Assembly: GCA_963932905.1 (NCBI GenBank)
Contig: CAWVRN010000001.1
Location: forward strand, 256,001 to 320,000
Direction of reading: 5' to 3'
DNA from: an uncultured Bdellovibrio sp.
Lineage (GTDB): Bacteria; Bdellovibrionota; Bdellovibrionia; Bdellovibrionales; Bdellovibrionaceae
Length of the DNA stretch: 64,000 nucleotides
The notes beneath the pieces are model-generated. The model searched no databases and had not been told where the DNA came from. It saw nothing but the letters and a program-made list of their open reading frames with translations. Of this stretch, positions 39,124 through 48,820 are shown one piece after another (the first letter of the stretch is position 1; the number at the start of each line of letters is the position of its first letter). The position numbers and the translations under genes are program-made.

Positions 39124-40118
39124 AAATCTCCCAAATTCTTGTGAGTGATAATTTTATGATCTAAAACCCAGGCCGTAACAAACTCGTTCGGAGTGACATC
39201 AAATGAAGGGTTGTATACTTTTGTGCCGTCCGGAGCCCAAGTCAATGACTCGCTAGAAGAATGAAACCCCGTTACTTCGTTAGAAATTCTTTCTTCGATC
39301 GGAATATTGTTTCCACTTGGACATTGTGGATCCACCGTAGTGCGTGGGCCAACTACGTAAAACGGAATTTTGTGTAGGTGGCAAAGGGCCGCTACGGAAT
39401 AGGTTCCAATTTTGTTTGCAAAGTCACCGTTTACGGCGATGCGGTCGCAGCCAACGAAAGCTTTGGAAATTTTTCCTTGCCTCATCAAAAATGCAGCCAT
39501 TGAGTCTGTAATTAACGTGAATGGAATTCTTTCCTTAGACAATTCCCAGGTAGTTAAACGTGCGCCTTGCAGAAGCGGACGGGTTTCATCTACATAAACG
39601 TGAATTTTCTTTCCCTGTTGATGGGCTTTCTTAATGGCTCCCAACGCTGTTCCTGAGCCAACGGTGGCTAAAGATCCCGTGTTACAGTGAGTAAGAATGT
39701 TATCGCCATCTCTGATCAATTCGGCACCTAACGTCGACATACCATCGCATAAAGTCTGATCTTCGTCGAAAATACGCAGAGCTTCAGCGACTAAATCATT
39801 TACTGATGAAAAGTGCTTTAGAACCTGATCAATATTGTTCATTAGGTTAACCGCCGTCGGACGAGCGGCTTTTAACGTTTGGGCATCTTTTTCTAGAGAT
39901 TTTAAATCTTGTCCTAGCAGCGCACGATGTGCCAAGTAAAGACTAGCACTTACTCCAATAAGAGGCGCACCACGCACACGCAGCGATTTAATGGCTTCTA
40001 CCATCTGATCTAGGCTTTCAATTTTTATCCAAATTTCCTTTTTAGGTAGAAGAGTTTGGTCTAGCAACGAAAATTCAGTAGTAGACCATTTTAACGATAG
40101 TGTAGCTAGTGATCTCAT
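39117..40118 (-). CDS. mtnA: Methylthioribose-1-phosphate isomerase
   Basis: LDQTLLP, VRGAPLIG, ARPTAVNL, THCNTGSLAT, DETRPLLQGARLT, ANKIGTY, FDVTP. Confidence 0.96.
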   Translation of the reverse strand: MRSLATLSLKWSTTEFSLLDQTLLPKKEIWIKIESLDQMVEAIKSLRVRGAPLIGVSASLYLAHRALLGQDLKSLEKDAQTLKAARPTAVNLMNNIDQVLKHFSSVNDLVAEALRIFDEDQTLCDGMSTLGAELIRDGDNILTHCNTGSLATVGSGTALGAIKKAHQQGKKIHVYVDETRPLLQGARLTTWELSKERIPFTLITDSMAAFLMRQGKISKAFVGCDRIAVNGDFANKIGTYSVAALCHLHKIPFYVVGPRTTVDPQCPSGNNIPIEERISNEVTGFHSSSESLTWAPDGTKVYNPSFDVTPNEFVTAWVLDHKIITHKNLGDLC

Positions 40119-40771
40119 AGATTGTAATTACCTATTTGTGTGCGCAGATCAAAAAGTTCTTTGATTTCATCTGCCGGAAGTTCCTCAAGATTTATTTTCA
40201 AATTTTTTAATTCGATAGCGAGTTTCAGAATATAAGCAATATGTTCGACCCGTTCGATACCTCGGTAGGCTTCATCCAGTGTTTCGCCCCAGGCAACAGC
40301 GCCATGTTTTTGCATAATAAGCACTTTGTGATCAGGAAGGAACGGCTGCAAACTTGTACCCATATCATCACTACCAGGACGCGCATAGGGGACTATCGGA
40401 ATTTTACCGGTCGCTAAAATAACCTCAGGAAGGCTTTTATAGGGAAGTTCTTTCATGTCACCAAATGCCAGAGACCAGGCGATCGCGTGGGGGGGATGGG
40501 CGTGAACGACTGCGTTTGCCGCAGGACAGTTTCGGTATATAGCCAAATGAAGCTTCCGCTCACTAGAGGGGGCGCCCGAAACCACTTTGCCGTCCAGGGA
40601 AATGCAAGCAAGTTCGCGATTATCAATAAATGCTTTGGTTTGCCCCGTCGGTGTGATCCAAATTGTTTGATCGTTTTCTTTAACGCTGACGTTTCCGTCT
40701 GCTGCCGCAAGAAGATTGCGATCGTGTAGACGCTGACAAACTTCGATGATTTTTTGCTTAATATTTCCCAT
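40115..40771 (-). CDS. Class II aldolase (FucA-like; Ald2 candidate)
   Basis: DGNVS, ITPTG, PSSE, VVHAHPP, KHGAVAWG. Confidence 0.88.
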   Translation of the reverse strand: MGNIKQKIIEVCQRLHDRNLLAAADGNVSVKENDQTIWITPTGQTKAFIDNRELACISLDGKVVSGAPSSERKLHLAIYRNCPAANAVVHAHPPHAIAWSLAFGDMKELPYKSLPEVILATGKIPIVPYARPGSDDMGTSLQPFLPDHKVLIMQKHGAVAWGETLDEAYRGIERVEHIAYILKLAIELKNLKINLEELPADEIKELFDLRTQIGNYNL

Positions 40772-40797
40772 GGAGACCCTTTAGTAGTCGATCCCCA

Positions 40798-41598
40798 TTA
40801 AAAGTCAATTTTTTTGGCCTTTTTCTCTGTGGATTTAGTATTTTCTAATCCCTTTAAAATATGCCCAAAGGATTCCAGGTGATGTAGTTTCGGTTTCCAA
40901 AATAAATTGACACGATTTTGATTAGCTTCGGTGATTTCGCGTTCTCTGAGTGGCTCCGGTATCTCTTGAAGCAATTGGGAAAGACGCTTCTGATTATTGA
41001 GTTCGTAAGGGTACTTGGTTTCGATGGTCTTAAATATCTTTTTAGGATCAATTTTGTCAGCCTTCATCTCTAAAAAGAGGGCGATTGATTTTTCTGAGTC
41101 AGTGATACGTTCTTTGAGATGACGAATTTCGTGATTTACTAACTCGAGCTGCCTATGAAGATATTTTTTTTCATCCATTAAAAATTCAACATCTAAAGAA
41201 TTGGATTTTGTGAAATGTTTTGAGTCCTGATTAAGTAAATCAATTATCCGTGTTTTATAATTTACGATGAACTGATAAACAAAAAAGAATTCTGAATATG
41301 AATTATTCAGCGGCAGAGCCACCAAATCGTTCAAGGTCTGGATGAGTCCGGCTCGGGTCAGCTTATAGCGGGGCGGATTTTTACGCCCCATCTTTTTTGC
41401 TAATCCGAGCCGGACCATATTCTGTAGGCTTCGCATTACTTGTGTATTGTGAAGGGGGAAGGGCTCGCTATCAATTTTCACAAACACCCAATTCGAAAAT
41501 AGATCCATATAGAACCGTACTTCTCGCTGCCGGAAACCATCTAGCATTGAGCTAGAGTGAGCGGCAATTACAGAAGCATAAAAGTACTTTGAGTTCAT
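40798..41598 (-). CDS. Hypothetical protein, possible winged-helix regulator
   Basis: HNTQVMRSLQNMVRLG...PRYKLTRAG resembles a PadR-type wing; coiled-coil C-terminus; divergent from a membrane gene. Confidence 0.55.
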   Translation of the reverse strand: MNSKYFYASVIAAHSSSMLDGFRQREVRFYMDLFSNWVFVKIDSEPFPLHNTQVMRSLQNMVRLGLAKKMGRKNPPRYKLTRAGLIQTLNDLVALPLNNSYSEFFFVYQFIVNYKTRIIDLLNQDSKHFTKSNSLDVEFLMDEKKYLHRQLELVNHEIRHLKERITDSEKSIALFLEMKADKIDPKKIFKTIETKYPYELNNQKRLSQLLQEIPEPLREREITEANQNRVNLFWKPKLHHLESFGHILKGLENTKSTEKKAKKIDF

Positions 41599-41605
41599 AG
41601 TTTAA

Positions 41606-41715
41606 TTACAATGTAACTAAAATTATAAATCAATAAAAATATATAAATATATATAAAAATAGTTATACACATTTCCACATGTTACATTGTAACAAATATA
41701 TCCACATTTCCACAT
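41606..41715. promoter_or_regulatory. Palindromic operators in the divergent promoter region
   Basis: TTACAATGTAA (41606-41616) and TGTTACATTGTAACA (41680-41694); the second is flanked by CACATTTCCACAT direct repeats (41668-41680, 41703-41715). Confidence 0.6.
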
Positions 41716-41748
41716 AGGGATAAAGTATTCTTTCTGCATGGAGGATCT

Positions 41749-43050
41749 GTGGATTCTGAAAAAATAAATGATCGCGGTGGTATTAAATCGATACTCCGAT
41801 ATGTCGGCTTATTTTCAGTGGTACTATCTGGAATTACGTTTATGGTGCAAGGTTGGAGCGAACTTACGGATTTAAACAAATACCTCTCTTTCTTTGGATT
41901 TGTCGCGATAATGGCGGGTTTGTCATTTCTGTTCGTCCGAAGGTTTGGCGATAAACTAACGGCAAAAATATTCGCAGTGCTTTCGGCATTAGGGATAACA
42001 ACATTGTTTTCACAAATTGCGTCGATTGTTTATTCGTCTGTTAAACCTGGGGTCGCGGCAGTTCCAGAGGCATTTCGGTTCGCTGTTCCCGCTTCTGAGT
42101 TTATGGTGATCGGTGTTGTAACAGGACTCGCTTTGATACCGATGGCACTCGTCGGATTTCATTCCCTGATTAAGTCCCGGTTTGTTGAATCAGCGTTATT
42201 GTATTTAGCTTTGAATGCGCTTTTGATCTTGCCATTTAGAGATTCAGTTTGGAATTCAGGTTTGCTTTTATCGCAGTTCCTGATTTTATTTTGGGGATAC
42301 AAAAGGTTCAAAATTCAGTTATCAATTGAGGATCGCTGGAATCGATTCGGAATGTTTGGATTGTTAAGTGCTCCGATCATCACTCTCATGATACGATCGC
42401 TCTATTATCCCGTAAACGAATACTATTTCGCTACTTTATTTGGTGTTTTAGGTGTGGCATTGGTGTTTGTGCCAGTCGAACCAACGACCCGAGATGAAAA
42501 AGAAATGGCATCTTTGTTTACTGGAATCGGCTATTTTTCTTTATTAGCGGCCTGGATATTCTTCACTGAACACACCTACTTTCTGTATGTTCGACGTCCG
42601 GAAATAGAGGCGTTCTTTAGTTTGTTACATCCGTATGTAGTGTTTGGTGGAATGTCTCTTATTTCGTATTTTGTTTATAAGGCCAAAGGAAAATCGTACT
42701 TATTTTATAAGGACGCCATTGTATTCTGGATTAATATTTCTATATGCAATTCTGTATGGAATACCAACAAATTTGAAACACACGCCGTGGGAATTTTAAT
42801 AGCCATTGGGCTAGTAGTCTATTCGTACAGTAGCCACTTTAAATGGCTACTTCTATTGAGCCTATTAACCGTAATGTTGTGCTTGACATACTATTTTGAT
42901 TTTATAACCGAACTATATCGGCGTTCACCATGGTTATTTTACGCCATTTCTGGAATCGGTCTAATATTAATTTCGGCCTTCTATGATAGGATCGTTAAGT
43001 TTATGGAACCTCTTCGACGTCGACGTGATTCGTTTCTAAATCGTGAATAA
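41749..43050 (+). CDS. Polytopic hypothetical membrane protein
   Basis: 433 aa with more than ten hydrophobic segments; GGAGG RBS and GTG start. Confidence 0.75.
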   Translation: MDSEKINDRGGIKSILRYVGLFSVVLSGITFMVQGWSELTDLNKYLSFFGFVAIMAGLSFLFVRRFGDKLTAKIFAVLSALGITTLFSQIASIVYSSVKPGVAAVPEAFRFAVPASEFMVIGVVTGLALIPMALVGFHSLIKSRFVESALLYLALNALLILPFRDSVWNSGLLLSQFLILFWGYKRFKIQLSIEDRWNRFGMFGLLSAPIITLMIRSLYYPVNEYYFATLFGVLGVALVFVPVEPTTRDEKEMASLFTGIGYFSLLAAWIFFTEHTYFLYVRRPEIEAFFSLLHPYVVFGGMSLISYFVYKAKGKSYLFYKDAIVFWINISICNSVWNTNKFETHAVGILIAIGLVVYSYSSHFKWLLLLSLLTVMLCLTYYFDFITELYRRSPWLFYAISGIGLILISAFYDRIVKFMEPLRRRRDSFLNRE

Positions 43051-43828
43051 CTTTTTCGTCGGGAGCGTTAAAAGTCTTTTTAGCCGCCTCGGCGGCGCCC
43101 GTTCCCAATTCAGGACGCTTAAGCTTAAACGTCTTGCTAATTCGAGCTTCTCGAGGAGATTTCAAATCGACTCCCGATGATACGCGTAAGAAATCCTCGG
43201 TAAGCTCGATGCGTTCAACACCAAATCCAGTTACGTCGCCAAGCATGTTAGCAACGAAACGCTGAAGCATGCTTATAGTTTCAAAATAAATATCTACGAA
43301 AGGGATATAGCGAAATATTTTAATAAAAAACATTTTGATTTCCCCAATACCAAGCAATGTCGCTGGAACCGGTTTTACTTTTAACTGAGGATCGTATATC
43401 CAGCTACTAATCAAAGTTCCAAATTTAGGTGGATCTAAGTGATAACCACGCAAGAAATAAATAGTTAGATGTGATTCTTCTTTCTTGTCACTGTAGTGAG
43501 CGCAGATGTATAGAACGATACGATCTTTCGTAACGTCAAAACCTAAAATAGGAAGTGGAATGACAGAGAAAAAGTCATCATTTTGAGGTCTGAAAAAACC
43601 TTCGAATGTTCCGTAAAACTTTTTTTGCCCGTCTTTTATTTCATATTCGAATTCAGATTGCAGAGGAATACTTTTCGGCAACGAGGTTTTCATTGCCGCA
43701 ATTTTTTGCGTTACTTTAGTCCCGAAATCATTCAGGTCACTAGGTTGCAAACTGCACCCCGTTTCAAATGAAAAACTATACTGACACAAAAATAAAATTG
43801 CGAAAATAGTTAGGTAGAAGAATTTCAT
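43001..43828 (-). CDS. Secreted hypothetical protein
   Basis: N-terminal signal peptide; coupled to the upstream gene by an ATGA overlap. Confidence 0.7.
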   Translation of the reverse strand: MKFFYLTIFAILFLCQYSFSFETGCSLQPSDLNDFGTKVTQKIAAMKTSLPKSIPLQSEFEYEIKDGQKKFYGTFEGFFRPQNDDFFSVIPLPILGFDVTKDRIVLYICAHYSDKKEESHLTIYFLRGYHLDPPKFGTLISSWIYDPQLKVKPVPATLLGIGEIKMFFIKIFRYIPFVDIYFETISMLQRFVANMLGDVTGFGVERIELTEDFLRVSSGVDLKSPREARISKTFKLKRPELGTGAAEAAKKTFNAPDEKVIHDLETNHVDVEEVP

Positions 43829-44625
43829 GGGATAGGTTGTCCTTCCGAGTCTTTACCTTTATACTCTAGAGAGCCTTTAAAACAAGATTCGCGTTGAGAA
43901 ATTAGATTGTAATTTGTTAACATGGAAACTTGAATAGATTCCTGCTGACCGTTTTGAACGATCGCCGTGATTTTGTAGGCGCGCTGTTTGTTCAAGTAGA
44001 ACGGAGTCGTTGCGTGAACTGTAATTTTTTCGGCATCAAATCCGTCTATATTATTTAAAATAAAATACTCGGAAATCTTGTGGCCCTTAGGGATCGTGAT
44101 AGAAATATCGCCAATGAAATTTCCTAAATCACGATCGTTCGAGCTGGCTACAGAGCATTTTGATTTTCCAGCTTCAGAAGTCACTCGATTAGCTTTTCTA
44201 GTTAAGTTACCAAAGAAGTTTTCAAATGATAAAAATATAAACTCACCACCCAATTTGAATAAACCAAGATGGGTATTACGCCATTCCAATAATAAAGGAG
44301 GTAAATACTGACCTTGATCATTTAAAACCCAAAGCCAAATGCGGCTGGCTTGCTTGTGTTCAAATGTATATTTGACTGATTCGTAAACACATGCGCCAAC
44401 GCCAGGAAAATTAACCGGGGCGCCGTTTTCTAGGCGACAGGAGTGGACTTTGATACCTAGCTCTTTCAACATCTTGTCGATGTCCACAATAAATGAACTA
44501 ATAAAACGATAGGTTTTACTTGCCTCATTATAAGAAGTCGGCGGGGCATCGCCTGCCGTCGTCGGTGCCGCCAGTAATAGCGGCGATAAAAAAAGAGTGG
44601 CTAATAGCCAGCTCAAAAACTTCAT
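43825..44625 (-). CDS. Secreted hypothetical protein
   Basis: Signal peptide MKFLSWLLATLFLSPLLLA; four Cys. Confidence 0.7.
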   Translation of the reverse strand: MKFLSWLLATLFLSPLLLAAPTTAGDAPPTSYNEASKTYRFISSFIVDIDKMLKELGIKVHSCRLENGAPVNFPGVGACVYESVKYTFEHKQASRIWLWVLNDQGQYLPPLLLEWRNTHLGLFKLGGEFIFLSFENFFGNLTRKANRVTSEAGKSKCSVASSNDRDLGNFIGDISITIPKGHKISEYFILNNIDGFDAEKITVHATTPFYLNKQRAYKITAIVQNGQQESIQVSMLTNYNLISQRESCFKGSLEYKGKDSEGQPIP

Positions 44626-44634
44626 TTAATGCAC

Positions 44635-45411
44635 CTATTGTTTTTTAGATCTTAATTTAAAGTTACCTACGAACTTATTAACTGCTTTTGAATTGTAAGT
44701 GCCAGAAAATTCGCAAATGGCGGGCTTCAAGACAGTTTTATCTGGAGTATCCATGTCAAAGCCGCTTTTCCAAGCTGTACAGCTGCCTTTGTATGCAAAT
44801 TTCCCATCAGCCAACTTTTGATCGAAATCAACAGTGATATCTTTGATACGCATATCGAACGAACCAAAGTTAATGCTGTTCACTGAAATATCTAACAACT
44901 TTTTATCATCTAAAGTGTTACAAACATCGTTATTAAACGAATAGTTTTGGCAAAAGCGTACTGTTAATTTCATTTTTCCCGCCGCACCAGTTTTGATTTT
45001 AGAAACTACGAACATTTCTTTAGTAGAGAATCTAACATCAGGAATAACCTTTCTGACTTGAGGATTGGTTTTTTCTTCATCTACAAAGCTATATTGAATC
45101 TGATCTTTAAACTTGATTAACGCAGAAATGTCTAAATACTTAAATTCGATGTCTGTTTTACTTTCTTCGCCTTTTTGAGTTGTTTTGAAGTCGACATCGA
45201 TATCAAAATCAAACCTGGCTAGTACGATTTGATTTAAAATCGTAATTAGAGCTGACTTAGAAGCCGCATCTTGAGCATCCTCTTTTGCTTTGTTTGACGT
45301 TTTTGACTTAGCCGACTTTTTCACCACCGGAGTTCCATCGGTAGCCAAAGTTAGAACAGGTGTTGAAGCAATTAAACCGGCGATCAAAAGTTTAGAGAAT
45401 GCATTTTTCAT
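44635..45411 (-). CDS. Secreted hypothetical protein, beta-strand-rich
   Basis: Signal peptide from the ATG at 45411; alternating hydrophobic pattern; two Cys pairs. Confidence 0.7.
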   Translation of the reverse strand: MKNAFSKLLIAGLIASTPVLTLATDGTPVVKKSAKSKTSNKAKEDAQDAASKSALITILNQIVLARFDFDIDVDFKTTQKGEESKTDIEFKYLDISALIKFKDQIQYSFVDEEKTNPQVRKVIPDVRFSTKEMFVVSKIKTGAAGKMKLTVRFCQNYSFNNDVCNTLDDKKLLDISVNSINFGSFDMRIKDITVDFDQKLADGKFAYKGSCTAWKSGFDMDTPDKTVLKPAICEFSGTYNSKAVNKFVGNFKLRSKKQ

Positions 45412-45604
45412 AAAGCCTCGCAAAAATATTTTGAACCGGAGTATATCTTAATTAGTTAAGTTTGTGTGATAATTCTTTTAATAAAACATTTATTTTCCAG
45501 TCATTAAACACGCCGCTGTCAACATTGTTGACACAAAAATTGTCACATTGAAAAGACATATTACAGTTTGCGATCGAAACACATCTGTGTAATGATTTTC
45601 TCAG

Positions 45605-46057
45605 ATGCGTTCACCACTACTTATCGCTTTTTTATTTCTTATGGCTCTGTCTATGGCAGTCGTTCTGGCTGTTCCCAATTTCAAGAAGAAGTTCAAAGAA
45701 TATTTTGTAACAGAACATCGCACGATTTTGGGTAAAGTTGTAGGGAATCTTCACCCCGGTTCTGAAACTTTTGTTATTCTAAAAATAAAACAGAAAGAAA
45801 ATATTTTTGTCGAGGTTTATAAAGAGGACCCTAAAACTGAAACTTTACAATTTATGCAGAAGTTAGATCTGGGGCAGAAAAAAGAAGGTCATTTTACCTT
45901 TAAAAATGAAGCCACTAACCTGGTTTTTACCAATATCGATGACGACGAGAATCTAGAAATATTGGTCCCAGTTTTTGATTCCGAAATGACCGCTCGGTTA
46001 TATACGATAAAATACAATGAATCGATAATGCAGTTCGAAGTCCTTAATTCGAATTAG
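45605..46057 (+). CDS. Hypothetical membrane-anchored protein
   Basis: N-terminal hydrophobic helix; FG-GAP/VCBS-like NIDDDENLEILV. Confidence 0.65.
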   Translation: MRSPLLIAFLFLMALSMAVVLAVPNFKKKFKEYFVTEHRTILGKVVGNLHPGSETFVILKIKQKENIFVEVYKEDPKTETLQFMQKLDLGQKKEGHFTFKNEATNLVFTNIDDDENLEILVPVFDSEMTARLYTIKYNESIMQFEVLNSN

Positions 46058-46179
46058 TTACTTGCGGCTTGTAAGCCCCACCTTTGTCTAAGTGCAAGGT
46101 CACCCGACTTAGATAAAGAAGATCAAAAAAAGGCATTTCAAAATTCAAATTCGGCAGTGTGAGATTTATCATATAGAAT

Positions 46180-46842
46180 ATGATAGAATTCTCTCATCTT
46201 TATAAGTCTTATGACAAAAAGATACATGCTTTGAAGGACATAAATTTAAAAATTGAATCCGGCGAGTTTGTATTTTTAACCGGTCCATCTGGAGCAGGAA
46301 AATCGACTTTTTTCAAAATGATCACGGGTTACGATCACCCTACATCTGGAAAAATCACCGTCGGAAATTTTGATTTAAATGCAATTAAAGAAAGTGACCT
46401 ATCAACCTATCGTAGAAAACTAGGCATTGTATTTCAAGATTTCAAATTGCTTCCTGATCGCACAGTATACGAAAACGTATGCTTGCCGTTACGTATCCAA
46501 AAGCATCATGAAAGCTTTATTAAAAAACGTGCGCTTGAAGTGCTAGATTTGGTCGGTCTATCAGAGAAAACCGAACAGTTTCCAGAGTATTTATCTGGTG
46601 GAGAACAGCAGCGCACTGCTATTGCCCGAGCCATCATTCATCAGCCGGGTGTTTTAATCGCCGATGAACCGACGGGAAATTTGGACCCTGAAATGAGTAG
46701 CAAAATTATCGATGTTTTTGAAAAAGTGTGCGCACAAGGAACTACCGTTGTTATCGCGACTCACGATCATGAACTAGTTAAACGCAAAAACAAAAAAGTA
46801 ATCGAACTAATGAATGGTTCGGTTCATAAAATGAGCTTATGA
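46180..46842 (+). CDS. ftsE: Cell division ATP-binding protein FtsE
   Basis: GPSGAGKS, VFQDFKLL, LSGGEQQR, ADEPTGNLD; first gene of ftsE-ftsX-envC. Confidence 0.93.
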   Translation: MIEFSHLYKSYDKKIHALKDINLKIESGEFVFLTGPSGAGKSTFFKMITGYDHPTSGKITVGNFDLNAIKESDLSTYRRKLGIVFQDFKLLPDRTVYENVCLPLRIQKHHESFIKKRALEVLDLVGLSEKTEQFPEYLSGGEQQRTAIARAIIHQPGVLIADEPTGNLDPEMSSKIIDVFEKVCAQGTTVVIATHDHELVKRKNKKVIELMNGSVHKMSL

Positions 46843-47723
46843 AAGAATATCAACAAAAATCAATTCAGCGTGTAACTGCCATTTCCATTATCGGAGCGAC
46901 ATTTTCCGTAATTTTGGGATTCTATTTGATGTCTAAAAATATCAGCCATATTCTTTCGATCTGGGGGGAAAGTAATAAACTGATAGTTTATCTAGAAAGC
47001 GATTCAGAAAATTATATCAAAAGGTCGACGCAGTCTCGGTTAGAAAAAAATGTTTTGGTCGACAAGGTCGTGTTTTTTTCTAAAGAACAAGCGATTGCTG
47101 ACTTTAATGCTCAGATTTCGGGATATATGTCGGGACTGCAAAATGACGGCGCTTTATTACAGGTTATCCCGCCCTATTTTGAAGTGTATTTGAAAACGGA
47201 AGGAACCCTGGATGAGTTAAATGCGAAAGCAAAAGCCTTGGCACTTGAAATCCGCGACTGGAATGGTATTGAAGACGTCTCTAGTGGGTCGTTGTGGACC
47301 GAAAAGTATTCCCGTTTAAGTCAGTCCGTTAATGCGTTCTTTGTTTTTTTGGGTTTAATTCTATTTGCACTATCTTTCTTTGTTGTATCCAGTTCGATAA
47401 AGTCACATCTATTCCAACGAGCGAAAGAGATCGAGATTTTGGAAATGATTGGAGCTACGAAATTCTATATCCAACGTCCGATATTTATCGAGAGTCTGGG
47501 AATTGTGTCTTTAGCTTTTGCCATCGGTTTGGGTGTGAATTCTGCGCTGTTCTTCTATTTTAATTCATTTTTTGAAAATCAGTTAAAGTTACTCAACTTG
47601 AATCAAGTGTTTCAGTTTTTTAATTTTTTAGAGTTGCTCATTGCTTTTGGTGTTTCTATAGGAATGGGTCTCTTGGTAACTCGATTGACTTTTAGCAGAC
47701 TTTATCGGTTCCGCCACGCATGA
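46839..47723 (+). CDS. ftsX: Cell division permease FtsX
   Basis: FSKEQA, EIEILEMIGAT..YIQRP; four transmembrane helices. Confidence 0.85.
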   Translation: MKEYQQKSIQRVTAISIIGATFSVILGFYLMSKNISHILSIWGESNKLIVYLESDSENYIKRSTQSRLEKNVLVDKVVFFSKEQAIADFNAQISGYMSGLQNDGALLQVIPPYFEVYLKTEGTLDELNAKAKALALEIRDWNGIEDVSSGSLWTEKYSRLSQSVNAFFVFLGLILFALSFFVVSSSIKSHLFQRAKEIEILEMIGATKFYIQRPIFIESLGIVSLAFAIGLGVNSALFFYFNSFFENQLKLLNLNQVFQFFNFLELLIAFGVSIGMGLLVTRLTFSRLYRFRHA

Positions 47724-48820
47724 GATGGATTTTGATTATTTTCATTTTTAGCGGATCAGTATTTTGTGCTACAGAGGTCGATGTGCAAAAACAAGTGGCC
47801 TTAAAGCAGAATAAGCTTATGAATATTGAGCTTAAACAAGATGCGCTTTTGCAGGACCTAATCAATATTAACAAAAAAATTAAATCACAGACAACAAAGT
47901 TGTCGACGGTTCAAAAAGAAGTCGAAATTATTAATGCTGAAATTAATAGGCAGAAACTGGAAATTAAAATAATGTCTAAACAGCTTTTAGAATCCAAGAA
48001 ACGCCTGACTACAAAAATTAAAGCTATTTCAAAAATTAAATCTGGCAACCTTTTACAAGTGGCGCTTGTTCATTCAAATTTAGTTGATATCGAAAAAAGT
48101 GTTAAAATGATGGGAATCATCGCTAGCTATGACGTGCAGTTTATCAATGACTATTATGAAAAGAAACTTGAACTCGGCCGTAGCATTAAAACATTGGATT
48201 CACGCAATGAAGTTCTTAGGAAAAAAGAAGCGCACCTTGCCGAACAAAAGCTGATTTTGGAAAAAGACTCAGAACTGCGGGTGGCTTGGCTAGAACAAGT
48301 TAAGAAAACGAAAATGTTCACTGAGTCTGAAATTGTTAAAATGAAGAAAAACAAAAACAACTCTGGATTTGACGACCTAGGGGTGTTTGACATTTTCTCT
48401 AAAGATACGATTGTGAAAAACAAAGGCCGTTTAAAACCTCCTATGGATGGCGAAGTTTCGCAAACCTATGGCGCCAACGTCGTTGATTCTATCATTGTAA
48501 ATAATTCTGGCGTGTTTCTGGCGTCTACGAATGTTCAGGCTATCAAGGCATTATTTAATGCAGAAGTTGTTTTTTCAGGAACGATGGATGGCCTTGGTAA
48601 CGTTGTGATTCTTGACCACGGTGACAATTACTATTCTGTATACGGAAATTTAAATAGTATTTCAGTGAAGACAAAACAAATAGTCCGGACGGGACAGGTT
48701 ATCGCACAAAGCGATTTTAGCCCCCTATTTGGCAGCAATGGATTGTATTTTGAAATGAGACATTACTCGCAGTCGCTCAACCCCCGAGATTGGATAAGGA
48801 GTTTCCATGAAAGCAACTAG
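47720..48820 (+). CDS. envC: Murein hydrolase activator EnvC-like (coiled coil plus degenerate M23)
   Basis: Signal peptide, long coiled coil, GNVVILDHG, YGNL, LYFEMR; Zn-ligand His residues absent. Confidence 0.8.
   Translation: MRWILIIFIFSGSVFCATEVDVQKQVALKQNKLMNIELKQDALLQDLININKKIKSQTTKLSTVQKEVEIINAEINRQKLEIKIMSKQLLESKKRLTTKIKAISKIKSGNLLQVALVHSNLVDIEKSVKMMGIIASYDVQFINDYYEKKLELGRSIKTLDSRNEVLRKKEAHLAEQKLILEKDSELRVAWLEQVKKTKMFTESEIVKMKKNKNNSGFDDLGVFDIFSKDTIVKNKGRLKPPMDGEVSQTYGANVVDSIIVNNSGVFLASTNVQAIKALFNAEVVFSGTMDGLGNVVILDHGDNYYSVYGNLNSISVKTKQIVRTGQVIAQSDFSPLFGSNGLYFEMRHYSQSLNPRDWIRSFHESN

Noticed and set aside
47720..48820. Loss of M23 zinc ligands as a pseudogene or a novelty
   Set aside because: This is the normal state of EnvC-type activators next to ftsEX.
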